A stretch of 64,000 nt of DNA from Syntrophorhabdaceae bacterium (GTDB lineage Bacteria; Desulfobacterota; Syntrophorhabdia; Syntrophorhabdales; Syntrophorhabdaceae): the NCBI GenBank assembly GCA_963665295.1, contig OY762209.1, positions 2,464,001 through 2,528,000 of the forward strand. Direction: 5' to 3'. Under the pieces are notes generated by a model. That model worked only from the letters and a program-made list of their open reading frames with translations, did no database searches and was not told the origin of the DNA. A program made the translations under genes and the position numbers. Each line of letters opens with the position of its first letter. Position 1 is the stretch's first letter. Shown here piece after piece: positions 39,032 to 47,834 of the stretch.

Positions 39032-39914
39032 TGGCCTGACCTTTCAGGCGGGAAGACTTGACCTTGCTCATTGCCTTCGCCACGCGGGTGAACCCGTCGG
39101 CGATGGTGTCGCGGTCCTTGTCACTGTCGTCGGCGCGGGTCTTGGCCCGTGGGGTTGCCATGAATTCGGCGGGATTGAGGCCGAGGTCCGCGAGGAGCTT
39201 CGGGAGAGCAAGCAGGGAGGGATGGGTCACGTACTCGATGTCGGTCCCGTATTTCGTCTTCTTTTCGCGCTTGAGGACCGTACCGTCCCGGAGAATGTCC
39301 TCCATGAGGTTGGAAAGAACGAGCATGGCGTTGCTGATCTGGAGGGCCGCGAGGTCATTGAATTTTTCGACGTTGTTATTTGCGATCGCTTCGTGGACCG
39401 CCCGGTAGAAGGTGAGGACTTCCACCTTGTCGAGGCAGTCGTCGCCCGGCTCCACTTCGCCTTCGTCAACGAGGCTGCACGGGTACTGCGGGCAGGTGCT
39501 TTTGCAGGGCTTCAGCTTGTGGGCGAAGTCCTTCGCGTAGCGGCCGTGCTTCCAACCGTTCCGGTTGCCTTCCATGGCGTCGGCATGGGCGGGTGAGTTG
39601 GCGGCGGCGCGGCGCTGCTCCAGAGCCTCGGGAGAGAGGGTGTAGCGGCGGCGGACGCGGAGGGCGGCGGGGATGCCTACCTCGCGGGGGAGGCCGTGAT
39701 CGTCGGTTTCTTCGTCGTCGGGGGGGCCGGTGGGGTTTTCCTGCTCTTTCATGTAGGCCTCGATTTTGGCTTTGTAAGCGTCGTATTTGGCCTGCTGCTG
39801 GGCGTTGAAGAACTTCCCTTGAAGGAGGAAATCGACGAGACTCCGGTACTGAATCCTCTCGTCCGGGTCGAGGGCGGCGTTTACTATTTCAGGAGTGGGC
39901 TTCGATTCGGCCAT
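39012..39914 (-). CDS. terminase small subunit (probable)
   Basis: GNRNGWKHGRY motif, HPSL..LGLNP; upstream of terL. Confidence 0.7.
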   Translation of the reverse strand: MAESKPTPEIVNAALDPDERIQYRSLVDFLLQGKFFNAQQQAKYDAYKAKIEAYMKEQENPTGPPDDEETDDHGLPREVGIPAALRVRRRYTLSPEALEQRRAAANSPAHADAMEGNRNGWKHGRYAKDFAHKLKPCKSTCPQYPCSLVDEGEVEPGDDCLDKVEVLTFYRAVHEAIANNNVEKFNDLAALQISNAMLVLSNLMEDILRDGTVLKREKKTKYGTDIEYVTHPSLLALPKLLADLGLNPAEFMATPRAKTRADDSDKDRDTIADGFTRVAKAMSKVKSSRLKGQANAGDDE

Positions 39915-39924
39915 GCCATAGCCA

Positions 39925-39962
39925 TATCATCCAGAGGGGAAACGGTCTGGCAGAGTGTTGCA
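39925..39962 (-). promoter_or_regulatory. putative late promoter, copy C
   Basis: TGCAACACTCTGCCAGACCGTTTC-N8-ATGATA. Confidence 0.75.
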
Positions 39963-39987
39963 TTATTTTGGGGGGGGGGAAGGAAAG

Positions 39988-40013
39988 CAAGAGGCCCCCT
40001 CAAGGGCCTCTTG
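39988..40013 (-). terminator. terminator ending the accessory region
   Basis: Perfect 10-bp stem CAAGAGGCCC/GGGCCTCTTG. Confidence 0.7.
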
Positions 40014-40034
40014 GTAAGGGACTTAAAATTACTC

Positions 40035-40295
40035 TCACCGGTTGGCTCTCAGTTGGGCGGCGTCTAGTTGCCTTTTTAGGACTTTTCTTTTTTTGTCCGC
40101 AACCATCTTCACAGCGGAGGCGCAGATTTCGCAAAGGAATATCGAGGATCCATCGCTGTATTGAAGCCTTTGACGGGAAATTCGGCGATCCGGACCATTG
40201 TCATTCCTGGCATCAATGTTTCTACTGCGGTCGATAGGGACCATTACATGATGATCACAACGATCGTTGTCACAGAAAAATACTTTATCGCTCAT
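40035..40295 (-). CDS. hypothetical protein with Cys/His metal-binding motifs
   Basis: CDNDRCDHH ... CEIC. Confidence 0.6.
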   Translation of the reverse strand: MSDKVFFCDNDRCDHHVMVPIDRSRNIDARNDNGPDRRISRQRLQYSDGSSIFLCEICASAVKMVADKKRKVLKRQLDAAQLRANR

Positions 40296-40311
40296 TTTGA
40301 GACCTCCTTGA

Positions 40312-40755
40312 TTATTGCCATGCCTTCATCCAGGGGATACGCTTTGCGAGGCGGTAGCGGCATGGGAAATCGGCAATTTTCTCCTTGCTGGTCCATATGG
40401 TAAGCCGCCACCTCGGGGGGCTGTCTTTTCTGTCCCTGTCGGTGTCGGCGGGGAGGCGGTCGATCGACTCCGTACCAAGGTGGAGGGCATAGGGGTTGTC
40501 TGTGCCGTCCTCAAACATTATCTCAAGGCCGTCGCTACGGCCATGCTCCGGCCAGGGGCCTCTGGTGACTATCACTTCCGTGGCGTTGTGGACTTCCCCA
40601 ATCACCGCCGGTGCCTTCTCGTCGGGAACGAGGAGACGGAACGCACCGGCGTTGATGGACAGATAGACAAACCCCGTGCGGGCGTTCGCCGTTTCGAAAT
40701 AGTTGGTGCGAATGATATTGGGGCCGTCGTTCTCGATGGAGATGAACTCTTTCAT
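40312..40755 (-). CDS. hypothetical protein
   Basis: Well-formed ORF, ATGA-coupled; YLSINAGAFRLLVP. Confidence 0.75.
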   Translation of the reverse strand: MKEFISIENDGPNIIRTNYFETANARTGFVYLSINAGAFRLLVPDEKAPAVIGEVHNATEVIVTRGPWPEHGRSDGLEIMFEDGTDNPYALHLGTESIDRLPADTDRDRKDSPPRWRLTIWTSKEKIADFPCRYRLAKRIPWMKAWQ

Positions 40756-41375
40756 TCTTTTTCGTCCTCCTTCTTAAGTCTTGCCCGTACGGCCCTCGGG
40801 TTGATAGTCTTGTTGTAAAGTTTGACACCTTTTTGGGCCGCCTCTTCGGCGGACCGGGCGCGGACTATTTTGGTGGTGGAAGGAAGACCGTGCTGCTCTG
40901 CTGCTTGATCTCCCAGGGGGATACAGTTCTCCGGGTCGTCGGCTACAATCCAGTTTTGCCAAGTGCTTTTCCTCGAAGGGGCATCCGTTGTTTTGCGGGG
41001 CCTGTCCCAATAGGGAGATTTACATTTCAGGCTCGGGCACACCGCAGGTCTCTGGTCCGTGCGGGGGCGCCAGGTGTGGCCACAGCGGAGGCAGGTGTGC
41101 GTTGCGGGTCCTGCCAGCGTCCTCATGGCTTCCTGCACCGTTTGACCCTTGAACCCTGACCGGTAGCCACGGCCGAGCATCCTGCGCGATTCGTCGTCGC
41201 TATTGACCAGGCCCATCCACAAGATGTGCTCGTCCTCGGTCCCGAACCTCTCACCATGATAGAGACGGCGCAATCCTTTCATATAGCCCTTCCAAAAATC
41301 TCCGTCATTGCCCTCGGAAATACCGTGGAACGTCTCCGCAGCGATCATGTTGGATTTGAATTGTTGTTCGGTCAT
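40752..41375 (-). CDS. hypothetical protein with a zinc ribbon
   Basis: CLRCGHTWRPR..PAVCPSLKCKSPYW. Confidence 0.7.
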   Translation of the reverse strand: MTEQQFKSNMIAAETFHGISEGNDGDFWKGYMKGLRRLYHGERFGTEDEHILWMGLVNSDDESRRMLGRGYRSGFKGQTVQEAMRTLAGPATHTCLRCGHTWRPRTDQRPAVCPSLKCKSPYWDRPRKTTDAPSRKSTWQNWIVADDPENCIPLGDQAAEQHGLPSTTKIVRARSAEEAAQKGVKLYNKTINPRAVRARLKKEDEKE

Positions 41376-41677
41376 GGCGATGCCTCCATCTCCCTGAGAT
41401 ATTCCCGGTCGCGGATAGCATCCCTGACTATTTCAGAACAGGTCAGCTCTTCGCTCACATGGGCTTTCAGAACCGAGAGACGGGCATTGTTCTTGATAGC
41501 GGCATGCACGAGTCTCTTCGCTTCCCTGAGAGCGGCGTCGAATTCCTCATTTTCCTCGTCTATCGATGGGCCTCCGGATATCACGCCCACCCTCAGGTTT
41601 GCTATTTTTCTCAATTCCGTTCGGGCCTCGACGACCCTCTTTATTGCGGCATCAATCTCGGCATAATTTGTCTTCAT
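41372..41677 (-). CDS. hypothetical protein
   Basis: GGAGG RBS before the ATG at 41677. Confidence 0.65.
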   Translation of the reverse strand: MKTNYAEIDAAIKRVVEARTELRKIANLRVGVISGGPSIDEENEEFDAALREAKRLVHAAIKNNARLSVLKAHVSEELTCSEIVRDAIRDREYLREMEASP

Positions 41678-41714
41678 GTTACCCTCCGATTGTGTATTGG
41701 GTTTCACCATGTTC

Positions 41715-41750
41715 ATACTATAAGTATATACCTATAGGTAAACATGTCAA
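41715..41750 (-). promoter_or_regulatory. sigma70-type promoter with overlapping palindromes
   Basis: TTGACA-N16-TATACT; TACCTATAGGTA palindrome in the spacer. Confidence 0.75.
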
Positions 41751-41774
41751 GTTCTTTTTTGAAAAAATTGCGCA

Positions 41775-41807
41775 AAAAAGAAGGGCGGACCTGTCGGGCC
41801 GCCCTTG
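41775..41807 (-). terminator. Rho-independent terminator after the ParB gene
   Basis: AAGGGCGG/CCGCCCTT stem followed by a T tract. Confidence 0.75.
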
Positions 41808-41820
41808 ATGAGTGCTTCTT

Positions 41821-43401
41821 TCAGTTCTTCTTCTCTTCCAGTATCTCCTTCGGGACTTTTCCGGCGAGGTTTACACCGGATTCCAGGACGAGGCGGATGA
41901 GGTCGGTTTTTTTGCAGTGGGCCGGGGATTTTGCCTTGATGGTGCCTTGCAGGAAGGCCTTCGCCTTCTCGTCTTCGAAGATGCCGAATTCGTGGCCCAG
42001 GGAGAGGATCTCCTTGATGGTCTTCTTTTTGAGGTACTCTTCGTGGATTGTCCAATCCCTTTGGAGGTCGACGCCCAGGTGGGAGGCTACCCGGTGCCTT
42101 GCGGAGGGTCCGAAATCGGGTTGGAGGGTGACGGCGAGTGATGCCTTGCGCAACGCCTCTTTGACTTCGGCGAGGTCCATCTTTTCGACGATCTCCCAGA
42201 GGGATGCGGCTCCATCGTATCCCCCATACCGCTGGGCGGCGGGGAGCACGGCTTTCACCGCGTTAAAGTTGCAGTGCATGAGGGACACGAGGGTGAGGCG
42301 GAGCACTTTGAGGTCGTCGGGGGGAAGATCAGCGGCAAGGGAGGGGATGCGCTCGGCGTAAAAGGCCTCCCGGAACAACTCGCCATGGCCGGGGGTCTTC
42401 TTCGGAGAGGAACCGGACAGGTGTGAGTCCTGGCCCTTCCCTTCCTTGCACTTCGGGTTGAAACAGGCACGGGGAACGAAAAGGCCTCCGTCGAGACGGA
42501 TAATGGTAAAGAAATGCTCACAGGTGAGGCATTTCGCCGAGGGAGTGTAGAGGGACCGGTACTCTCCCCAATCGACCTCGTCCGCGAACCTCACGGCGGG
42601 GGTCTTGTACTCCTTCGCGTATTTCATGGACGGCCAGTGGTCGAGGAAGTGTTTTCGCTGCTTCTCGATGAAACAGGAGGGAAGGAGGCACGACGCCTTG
42701 TCCATCTTGAAGTCATCGCCGAAGAGGGAGCCCTGCACGGCTGAGTTGTGGTTGCATTTCCCGCACCCTGCCTTTTTCCGGTTGAACGCGGCCCGGGCGA
42801 GGGGTTTGGAGCGGTTGTTGAGCATCATCCTGAGTTCGTTGACGGAGGGTATCCTCTGCCGGAATATCTCGATCGCAAATTCGAGGACCTCGCCGGGGTC
42901 GAGCCTGAGCAGTTGCTCGAGGTGGCCGTAGACGAGGGCTCCTTCCTCCCACGCCTTGAGAATCTCGTGGGGCAGAGTGAGGACCCTGACCCTGCGGCGG
43001 ACGTAGCGCGGATCCACGCCGATCCTTTCGGCAAGGGAGGGAATCTCCTCCTCTCCCCTGACCTGGATGTATTCTTTGAAGTTCTTCGCTTCCTCGTATT
43101 CGCTCAAGTCCTCCCGGTGCAAGTTCTCCACGGTCATGACGTCGAGGGCCTCCTCGTCCGTTAAGTCCTGAACCACAGCGGGGATCGTGCCTGTTTCGGC
43201 TTCGCGGGAGGCCCTCAGGCGGCGCTCACCCGCGACAAGCTCGAACCCGCCGTTCATAGGGCGGACAATGACCGGCTCGACGACGCCCTGCTTTCTTATC
43301 GACGCCACCAGCTCGTCAAAACCACGGCCGGAAAAGTTCTCCCTCGGGTTGTGGGGGTTGGCTACGATGTCCGCGAGTGGAATGGTTCTTAATTCTTTCA
43401 T
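41821..43401 (-). CDS. ParB/RepB/Spo0J family protein, long form with a Cys-rich C-terminus
   Basis: NPHNPR, LVAGERRLRA, ENLHREDLS. Confidence 0.9.
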   Translation of the reverse strand: MKELRTIPLADIVANPHNPRENFSGRGFDELVASIRKQGVVEPVIVRPMNGGFELVAGERRLRASREAETGTIPAVVQDLTDEEALDVMTVENLHREDLSEYEEAKNFKEYIQVRGEEEIPSLAERIGVDPRYVRRRVRVLTLPHEILKAWEEGALVYGHLEQLLRLDPGEVLEFAIEIFRQRIPSVNELRMMLNNRSKPLARAAFNRKKAGCGKCNHNSAVQGSLFGDDFKMDKASCLLPSCFIEKQRKHFLDHWPSMKYAKEYKTPAVRFADEVDWGEYRSLYTPSAKCLTCEHFFTIIRLDGGLFVPRACFNPKCKEGKGQDSHLSGSSPKKTPGHGELFREAFYAERIPSLAADLPPDDLKVLRLTLVSLMHCNFNAVKAVLPAAQRYGGYDGAASLWEIVEKMDLAEVKEALRKASLAVTLQPDFGPSARHRVASHLGVDLQRDWTIHEEYLKKKTIKEILSLGHEFGIFEDEKAKAFLQGTIKAKSPAHCKKTDLIRLVLESGVNLAGKVPKEILEEKKN

Positions 43402-43482
43402 GGTTTGATTTCTCCTTTTTGATGGTTTCCCCGTAGGGGATGATGGGGCAGAGGGACCGCGCCCCCTGCCCGGGTTGGGTGG

Positions 43483-44343
43483 TTATGCCGCGTGTTCCAT
43501 GGCGTCCTTTATTCCGGCTCCCGCGTGGATCAGCTTTCGCATTTTCATCAGGTGCTGGATAATGAGGTCGAGCCTTTCGGGGCTCACCTGGGAATGAAAG
43601 GATGCCTTCTTGAAGTGCTCCGTGCCGAGGGCTCCCGTCGCCTTGATGAAACGCTCGATAGTCTTTAAGAGACCCTCGAAGTCATCGAGGGACTTCTTTT
43701 CTTCCTCCGTGATGGTGCGGAAGGTGAAGAGGGCTTCCTGCTGCTCCATCATTATCAGACCGTCCACGAAGGAGCGGAGTTTGTTGTAGGTAGCCAGCTC
43801 TCCGGACGTGATCTTCCGGAGAAGCAAGGCCTGTTTGTCAGCGGAAACCCGGCTCATTTCGAATGCCTGGGAGTGGCCGATGGTCCCGTCCACCACGAGG
43901 CGCTGGTGTTCGGGTGAGAGGTTCAGGAGGCTCGTCCTCTCGTCCACCCTCCAGGCCTGTTTGAAGCCCATCTTGCGGGCGAGTTCTTCCTTTGACCATC
44001 CCCGGTCGAGAAGGGCCTGAAAGGCTTTCGCCTCCTCGATGATGTTCAGGTCCTGGCGCTGGATATTCTCCAGAAGGGATAGTTCTTCCACCAGGGCGTC
44101 GTCGGCGTCGATCACCCTCGCGGGGATCTCGCCGAGGCCGGCAAGGAGGGAGGCGCGGAAACGCCTCTCCCCTCCTATTATCATGAAACGGTCGCCCCTC
44201 GGGGTGACCACGATGGGCTCAAGGACCCCGTATTGCCTGATGGACATGGCGAGTTCGTCGAGTTTTTCGGGGTCGAACTCCTTCCGGGGCTGATCGGGGT
44301 TCGGGTAAATCGATGCAAGGGGTAATGTCTGGTCGTTGTTCAT
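43483..44343 (-). CDS. ParB/RepB/Spo0J family protein
   Basis: NPDQPRKEF, IIGGERRFRA, ENIQRQDLN. Confidence 0.9.
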   Translation of the reverse strand: MNNDQTLPLASIYPNPDQPRKEFDPEKLDELAMSIRQYGVLEPIVVTPRGDRFMIIGGERRFRASLLAGLGEIPARVIDADDALVEELSLLENIQRQDLNIIEEAKAFQALLDRGWSKEELARKMGFKQAWRVDERTSLLNLSPEHQRLVVDGTIGHSQAFEMSRVSADKQALLLRKITSGELATYNKLRSFVDGLIMMEQQEALFTFRTITEEEKKSLDDFEGLLKTIERFIKATGALGTEHFKKASFHSQVSPERLDLIIQHLMKMRKLIHAGAGIKDAMEHAA

Positions 44344-44747
44344 AATATTTCCTCCAGAAGTTGTGATGTGGGAAGCTCCATGCCGCCCTGCAGGTGGACC
44401 ACGTCGATTCCGTGGTCCCGGAGAAGGCGGGCGGCGATGTCTGTCACGCGGTGGCACCTCAAGGGGTCGTCTTCGAGGCACAGAAGAATGGGGGTATCCC
44501 CGAGCCCCGCCAGATACCTGATGCCCTCTTCCGTGGCGGGGCCGTGCTTGCCTCCGAGGGTGTCGCCTTTCCACTGGTAGGCCGGGCCGAAGCGCCGGGC
44601 CATTTGATTGCGGTTGAATTCGTATTTGTCGGGACGTCTGGTGTAGGGCACCGACCTCACGTCCACGATCAGGACGATCCCGTATTTCTTCATGAGGTCC
44701 TCAAGGTCGGGGACCGTTCTTTTTTCGTAGCCCGTGGAGTAGATCAT
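44340..44747 (-). CDS. DUF488 family protein
   Basis: IYSTGY, VDVRSVP, LGG, LLCLEDDPLRCHR. Confidence 0.88.
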   Translation of the reverse strand: MIYSTGYEKRTVPDLEDLMKKYGIVLIVDVRSVPYTRRPDKYEFNRNQMARRFGPAYQWKGDTLGGKHGPATEEGIRYLAGLGDTPILLCLEDDPLRCHRVTDIAARLLRDHGIDVVHLQGGMELPTSQLLEEIL

Positions 44748-44750
44748 GGG

Positions 44751-46163
44751 TTACGCCCTTATCGGCATGACGACTGCCTTCTTGTTGATGGTGCATGCCC
44801 CGTAGCTCGCCGGGACTTCCATGACCGTCGTCTCGTACTGAAAAGATTTCAGCGCGTCAATGAGGAACTTGGGGTTGAAGGCGAGGGTAAAGGGACCCTC
44901 CGCTCCTTCGGTTTCGCAGGGGATCTGCCACGAATAGGACGCCCCGGTCTCACTCTCGGCTTCAACCGAAAGGGAACCGTTCGCCTTGAGGCGCACGGAC
45001 TGCTTTGACAGGGGGTTCGCCCCATCGAGAAGCTGCAAGAAGTCCTTCGAGGAAAAGGTGAGCTTCACCGCCGAGGGAGGGACAATGTCCTGATAGTCGG
45101 GGAAATTCCCCTGAACGCACTTTGTCACGAGCAGACCACCCTTCATCGGGAAGGAGACCATGTCCACCTGGTCCTCCGCTTCACCCGGGGCGACGGTGAA
45201 TTCATCCGAAATCGCATGTTTGACCGCGATCTTCACCGCCTGACGGGGCACGGTGAAGGACGGGGCCTGAGCAGGGGTCACGTCGTCGATGTGAAGCCTG
45301 AAGCCGTCCGTGGCGACCACCTTGCCGCGGGAGGGGTCCACGCGGGCGCCGGTGAGGGCATAACGCGAATCGTCGTCACTGATGGCGGGGGCGACTTTTC
45401 GCAGGGCTTCGAGGAGGCCGGAGAGTTGGACCGGGGGGCCGTCGGGGAATACGAGGACCGGGTACTCGGCGGCGTCCGTGGTGTTGAGTTCGCACCGGGA
45501 GTTGACCTGGAGCGTCTCTCCGATGAAGGTGAAGACCACTTCCGAAATATCCTTCGGGAGGGCCTTCACTTCGAGAAGAGTCAGGGCCGTGGGGATGCAG
45601 CGGACCACGGGCTCCGGTGAGTCGCAGGGGATGGAGACGCGCCACGATTCGGCGAGGTTCGTGGCGGATACGGTGCAGACGCCGGGTTTGGTTGTGTCCA
45701 GCATGGTGAAGGAGAGGATGGGGAGGCTTCCTTTCATGGCGGTCACGTCGTTGGCCACGGCGAGGGCCTCGGTGATAAGCTGCCGCTTGATGGTGACGGT
45801 CCTGGGAGTGAGGTCCACCGGCTCGGGGCCGGGAGCGGCTGATTCGGCGGGCTCTGTTTTTTCGGTGGTTTCGGACGGTTCGCCGGAGGGGGCGGCTTCG
45901 GTTGCCGGCGCTATCTCTTCGGGGGCGGTGGGGTCAAGGTGCTCAGTCTGGACAGTGGAGGCGGGAGCCGGTGTCTCCACGGCTGTCGATTTGGACGGCT
46001 TGCGGGTCACACGGTACTCTACCTTCGTGGGTGTTTCCTTTATCTTCTCCGTTACCCATTCCCTCGGGTTGAGGCCGATCGCTTCGAGACCTTCTTTTGT
46101 GCTGGCGACTTCGCCGACGAGCACTTCTGTTCCGATTCCTTCTATTCTATAGATTGATTTCAT
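44751..46163 (-). CDS. DNA polymerase III beta-clamp (DnaN-like) homologue with an N-terminal extension
   Basis: LPILS, SATNL, DDSRYALTG, VATDGFRL, GNFPDYQDIVP, FNPKFLIDAL, VVMPIR. Confidence 0.88.
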   Translation of the reverse strand: MKSIYRIEGIGTEVLVGEVASTKEGLEAIGLNPREWVTEKIKETPTKVEYRVTRKPSKSTAVETPAPASTVQTEHLDPTAPEEIAPATEAAPSGEPSETTEKTEPAESAAPGPEPVDLTPRTVTIKRQLITEALAVANDVTAMKGSLPILSFTMLDTTKPGVCTVSATNLAESWRVSIPCDSPEPVVRCIPTALTLLEVKALPKDISEVVFTFIGETLQVNSRCELNTTDAAEYPVLVFPDGPPVQLSGLLEALRKVAPAISDDDSRYALTGARVDPSRGKVVATDGFRLHIDDVTPAQAPSFTVPRQAVKIAVKHAISDEFTVAPGEAEDQVDMVSFPMKGGLLVTKCVQGNFPDYQDIVPPSAVKLTFSSKDFLQLLDGANPLSKQSVRLKANGSLSVEAESETGASYSWQIPCETEGAEGPFTLAFNPKFLIDALKSFQYETTVMEVPASYGACTINKKAVVMPIRA

Positions 46164-46179
46164 GAGATTCCTCCTTGAG

Positions 46180-46449
46180 TTAATTCCCCTTCGAGGGGTT
46201 GTCTTGTGGTACGGGCAATATGACGAGCTTGCTGAATTGGGTACGGTAAATCTCGGCCATCCATTCGAATTCTTCGGGGGTGACTCTACCCGCTTTTGCG
46301 TATACCGGGGAGCCATTTTTCTTGCCGATTTCACGCGGGCCGATCTGAACTTTTGGAGCGCCTCCGTTGTAGGATGAGAGAGAAAACCATAACCCCGTCT
46401 TCTCGTTCTTGATTTCACTGATAACTCGGTCTTTATCTTCATTAAACAT
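46180..46449 (-). CDS. small protein, possibly PC4-like ssDNA-binding
   Basis: SLSSYNGGAPKVQI..R...KAGRVTPEE pattern. Confidence 0.45.
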   Translation of the reverse strand: MFNEDKDRVISEIKNEKTGLWFSLSSYNGGAPKVQIGPREIGKKNGSPVYAKAGRVTPEEFEWMAEIYRTQFSKLVILPVPQDNPSKGN

Positions 46450-46687
46450 CCCTTTCCTCCTTTTCGTTATTTGATACGACGGAGCTTACCGCGGAGCCCC
46501 ATCCGAGTTTCATCCATGCGTTGATCTCACCCTCGGGGAACGTGCTTCCGCCCACACTTACGGTCTTGAAAAGAGGGTCGTAGGTGCCGGCGAGGACGCG
46601 GCCGCTTTCGAGAGTGATCTTGATCCTTAATTTGTCCCTGCAGGCGAGGGCTTGCGCCAGTTCCCGCAGGTGTGCTAGATTTTTCAT
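46442..46687 (-). CDS. hypothetical protein
   Basis: ORF coupled within the operon. Confidence 0.6.
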   Translation of the reverse strand: MKNLAHLRELAQALACRDKLRIKITLESGRVLAGTYDPLFKTVSVGGSTFPEGEINAWMKLGWGSAVSSVVSNNEKEERDV

Positions 46688-46760
46688 GCCTTAAATGCCT
46701 CCTTGCGTGGTTTTTGGGGTTTTGCCCCCCAGGCTGTTCGCGCAGTCCTGAGGGGCGTCT

Positions 46761-47261
46761 TTATGCGACAAACAACCTTCCCTGTCCTGTTTCCTGTTCC
46801 CTCCGGGCTTCTTTCTCTTCCCGGCGGGCGGCGGCCGCCTGTTCCCGGGTGGCGTGCTTCTTGAAGTCCCTGAGGGTGTTCAGGAGGGGGTTGTCGATCT
46901 CGCCGCCACGGGCGCGGTAGATATCGCGCCTCAGGTCCGCGAGGCAGTGCAGCTCGTCGGGGCTTAAGGGGCGGTCCACGTGCTCCGTCCGGAGATCCTC
47001 GGGCAGCTCCCGGCCTCGGGCGAGGACCAGCTTTCCGGCCAGATGCAAATAGATGTTCGCGTATTCGTGGTACATGGGGGCCCGCATCGAGGCGGGCATG
47101 AGGTACGCCACTACTTCGGCGTCCCCTACCTTCTCGATGTCGGGCTTGAGCATCGACGCGAGGCCGATGAACATCCTCTCCGAGGCCACTTCATCGAGAA
47201 GCCATTTCGGGATAAGGTCCGCCCACGACGCGTCGCCTACTACCAGTCTGTTACCGCTCAT
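46761..47261 (-). CDS. hypothetical protein
   Basis: AGGAGG RBS; well-formed ORF. Confidence 0.75.
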   Translation of the reverse strand: MSGNRLVVGDASWADLIPKWLLDEVASERMFIGLASMLKPDIEKVGDAEVVAYLMPASMRAPMYHEYANIYLHLAGKLVLARGRELPEDLRTEHVDRPLSPDELHCLADLRRDIYRARGGEIDNPLLNTLRDFKKHATREQAAAARREEKEARREQETGQGRLFVA

Positions 47262-47277
47262 TTTTGTTCACCTCCTT

Positions 47278-47676
47278 TTAGTCTTCGTGGGGGAGCATGA
47301 TGGTGATTACCGGCTCCGGGGTGTCTCCGGGGCCGATGACCGCCTTCAGGGTGACAAGCCTTTTCTGCTGCTCCTTCATGATGAAGTAGAGCCGGAAGTA
47401 CATAAGGTCCGTGGATGAATTGCGGGCGGCCACGCGGAACATCCAAAGGACATCCCAGAGGCGGCCCGCTTCGGACTGACCCCACTTTCTCGATCTCAGG
47501 TCGGGGACGATGTAGCCATGCCACAGGGCGCTCGTGAGCGCGACGGGGTACTTGATGCCCGCTTCGACGGCCGTTTCGGTGACGTCCACCAGGACGCCGT
47601 CCGCGATCGCCTCCGCGCGAGTGTAGGAATAGATCACTTCAAGGTCTTCGGGGTGGTTTGTGTCGTGTTCTGCCAT
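47278..47676 (-). CDS. mobile-element conserved protein (DUF6573-like)
   Basis: YSYTRAEAIADGVLVDV, GQSEAGRLWDVL, PVITIMLPHED. Confidence 0.75.
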   Translation of the reverse strand: MAEHDTNHPEDLEVIYSYTRAEAIADGVLVDVTETAVEAGIKYPVALTSALWHGYIVPDLRSRKWGQSEAGRLWDVLWMFRVAARNSSTDLMYFRLYFIMKEQQKRLVTLKAVIGPGDTPEPVITIMLPHED

Positions 47677-47681
47677 GTTGA

Positions 47682-47822
47682 TCACCCCTCGATTACTTCC
47701 ACTGTTTCCTTCTTGCCGGTGTGCCACCTGATTTCCACATACCCGATTCTGAGGTTGTTCACGCATTCAAACCTGCCGTCCTTGATGTTTCTTTGCGCGG
47801 TGCTCATCTTGATCCTTTTCAT
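47682..47822 (-). CDS. 46-aa hypothetical protein (not in the ORF track)
   Basis: AGGAGG RBS; MKRIKMSTAQRNIKDGRFECVNNLRIGYVEIRWHTGKKETVEVIEG. Confidence 0.6.
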   Translation of the reverse strand: MKRIKMSTAQRNIKDGRFECVNNLRIGYVEIRWHTGKKETVEVIEG

Positions 47823-47834
47823 TGCTCGTTCCTC

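Noticed and set aside
39970..39979. G10 tract as a phase-variation switch
   Set aside because: It lies upstream of the promoter motif, so length changes would alter neither spacing nor a reading frame
46164..46442. N-terminal part of track ORF 44751-46442
   Set aside because: Overlaps gene 46180-46449; the AAGGAGG RBS supports a start at 46163
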